Positions 61,775 through 64,000 of a stretch of 64,000 nt of DNA are shown here, one piece after another (within the stretch, counting starts at the first letter, position 1; each line of letters opens with the position of its first letter). A program made the translations under genes and the position numbers. A model generated the notes under the pieces. That model saw only the letters and a list, made by a program, of their open reading frames with translations, made no database searches and was not told the DNA's origin. Where the stretch lies: assembly GCA_030390025.1 (NCBI GenBank), contig JASTWF010000356.1:310001-374000 (forward strand), read 5' to 3'. Source of the stretch: Squalus acanthias (taxonomy: Eukaryota).

Positions 61775-61824
61775 GGTTCGCTGTGGTCCTATATCCTCCA
61801 CCACTCTCTTTCTTCTCCATCTGA
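61775..61824 (+). pseudogene. Start of the next GBP exon, apparently broken after 12 nt
   Basis: Branch point CTGAC, pyrimidine tract and CAG|GG TTC GCT GTG G give G-F-A-V in the correct phase (GBP1 has GFSLG); then unrelated sequence and TGA at 61822-61824. Confidence 0.55.
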
Positions 61825-61989
61825 GTATCCTCTTCCCCCAACTCTCTCCATCCTTCACTTGGTGACCTCCCCGTGTATACTGAATAAGTTCTGTTGGATA
61901 TACATCTCCACGGTCAAGGCCTCGGAAGTCTGTTTTGGGGACTTTTTGTTTGAGGACGTGGGGCTGAATTTGCTTGTAAACAACCAACA

Positions 61990-63470
61990 TTGCCTGGATT
62001 CTGGAGTGGTCCCAGCGGATTGGAAAACCGCAAATGTAACGCCCCTATTAATGAAGGAGGGAGGCAACAAGCAGGAAACTACAGGCCAATTAAACTAACA
62101 TCTGGCATTGGGAAAATGCTGCAATCCATTATTAAGGAAGTAATAGTAGGACATTTAGAAAAATCATAATACAATCAAGCAGAGTCAACATGGTTTTATG
62201 AAAGGGAAATCGTGTTTGACAAATTTACTAGAGTTCTTTGAGGATGTAACGAGCAGAGTGGATAAAGGGGAACCAGTGGATGTAGTTTATTTGGATTTCC
62301 AGAAAGCATTCGATAAGTTGCCACATAAAAGGTTACGGCACAAGATAAGAGCTCACGGGGTTGGGGCTAATATATTAGCATTGTTAGAGGATTGGCTAAC
62401 TAACAGCAAATAAAGTTTCGGGATAAATGTGTAATTTTCCGGTTGGCAAACTGTAACTAGTGGGGTGCCACAGCCATCAGTGCTGGGGCGTCAACTATTT
62501 ACAATCTATATTAATGACTTGGATGAAGCGACCATGTGTACTTTACCCAAATTTGCTGATCATACAAGGATAGGTGGGAAAGCAAATTGTGAAAAGGAAA
62601 CAAAGTGTCTGCAAAGACATATTGATAGGTCAAGTGAGTGGGCAATTAATTGGCAGATGGAGTATAATGTGGGAGAATGTGAGGTTATCCACTTTGGTAG
62701 GAAGAATACAAAAGCAAATTATTATTTACATGGAGAGAGACTACATAATGCTGGGGGTCCTCGTACATGAAACACAAAAAGTTAGCATGCAGGTACAGCA
62801 TTAATTAGAAAGCCAAATGGAATGTTGGCATTTATTGCAAGGGGGATGGAGTATAAAAGTCGGGACGTACTGTTACAACTATACAGGGCGTTGGTAAGAC
62901 CACACCTGGAGCACTGCTTGCAGTTTGGGTCTCCATATTTAAGGAGGGATATACCTGCATTGGAGGCAGTTCAGAGAAGGTTCACTAGGTTAATTCCTGA
63001 AATGAGGGGGTCGTCTCATGAATAATGTTGAGCACGTTGTGCCTATACTCATTGGAGTTTAGAAGAATGAGAGGCGAACTTATTGTAACGTATAAGATTC
63101 TGACCGGGCTTGACAAGATAGATGCAGGGAGGATGTTTCCCCTCGTGGGGGAATCTAGAACTAGGGGGCACAGTTTCAGGTTAAGGGGTTGCCCATTTAA
63201 AACGGAGATGAGGAGGAATTTCTTCTCTTATAGGGTCGTGAATCCTTGGAATGTTTTTCCCTAGAGAGCTGTGGAGGTGGAGTCATTGAATATATTCAAG
63301 GCGGAGATAGACAGATATTTGAGAAACAGGGGATTCAAGGGTTATGGAGAGAGAGCGGGAAAGTGGCGCTGAGGACAAGATCAGATCAGCCATGACCTTA
63401 TTGAATGGCGAAGCAGGCTCGATGAGCCGAATGGCCTACTCCTGCTCCTATTTCTTATGTTCTCATGTTC
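61990..63470 (+). mobile_element. CR1 (HER1-like) LINE, 3' 1.5 kb of RT
   Basis: VPADWKTANVTPL, KGKSCLTNLLEFFE, YLDFQKAFD and RPHLEHC motifs; tail CTCCTATTTCTTATGTT. Confidence 0.92.
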
Positions 63471-63625
63471 AACAGAGGACCCGTTCCCTTGCCGTGCCCT
63501 TGACATGGAAAACCAGAAAGAGCAATGTAAATGCCTCTTCCAACACCAACTCTGCAAAGCAGTCAGGAGTTGGGCGCTAAATGTTGCCATGCCAGTGGAG
63601 CCCACGTCCTCAGAAAAACTCAACA

Positions 63626-64000
63626 AAAGAACATAAGAAATAGGAGCAGAAGTAGGCCATTCGGCCCCTCGAGCCTTCTCCACCATTCAATAAGATCATG
63701 TCTGATCTTCGAACTCAACTCCATTTTCGCGCTTTATCCCTTTGTTCCCTTAATATCCCAAAATCTATCAATCTCAGCCTTGAATATACTCAACGACTGA
63801 GCATCCACAGCCCTCTGGGGTAGAGAATTCCAATGATTCACCAACCACTGAGTGAAGAAATTTCTCCTCATCTCAGTCCCAACTGGCCGACCCCTTATTC
63901 TGAGACTGTGACCCCTGGTTCTGGACTCCCCAGACAAGGGAAACATCATCCCTGCATCTACACTGTCAAGCCCTGTAAGAATTTTCTGTGTCTCAATGAG
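63626..64000 (-). mobile_element. CR1 (HER1-like) 3' end, running off the window edge
   Basis: AAGAACATAAGAAATAGGAGC tail; ORF 63734-63949 encodes the CR1 ORF2 C-terminus. Confidence 0.9.

Noticed and set aside
61306..61865. 172-aa Leu/Ser-rich and antisense Arg/Glu-rich ORFs
   Set aside because: Translations of the CT-rich low-complexity tract.

Overview
Vertebrate genomic DNA, most likely from a shark or other elasmobranch (HER1/CR1-type LINEs, Deu-domain SacSINE1-like SINEs). About half the window is a 40-bp tandem satellite in two arrays (1-6640 and 18803-43782) with kb-scale higher-order duplications. Both arrays end in homologous unique flanks that carry GAS/IRF-like motifs and a putative non-coding first exon. 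The only recognisable host coding sequence is the first coding exon of a guanylate-binding protein (GBP) gene (60939-61146, +), followed by an apparently broken next exon. Upstream of it, antisense, lies an 8.9-kb degenerate endogenous retrovirus (51035-59920, -). It has two LTRs, a tRNA-Ser PBS, a PPT, gag with two CCHC knuckles ending in TGA-CTAG, a protease remnant and no reverse transcriptase. It also has two different RNase H/integrase segments in tandem, a hidden small transmembrane ORF between pol and env (visible only after removing a MITE), and an internally deleted gamma-type env. The LTR nearest the GBP exon contains a perfect ISRE core. The rest is nested CR1 and L2/CR1-group LINE fragments, MITEs and minisatellites. 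All calls were made by eye without tools; LINE boundaries are approximate.
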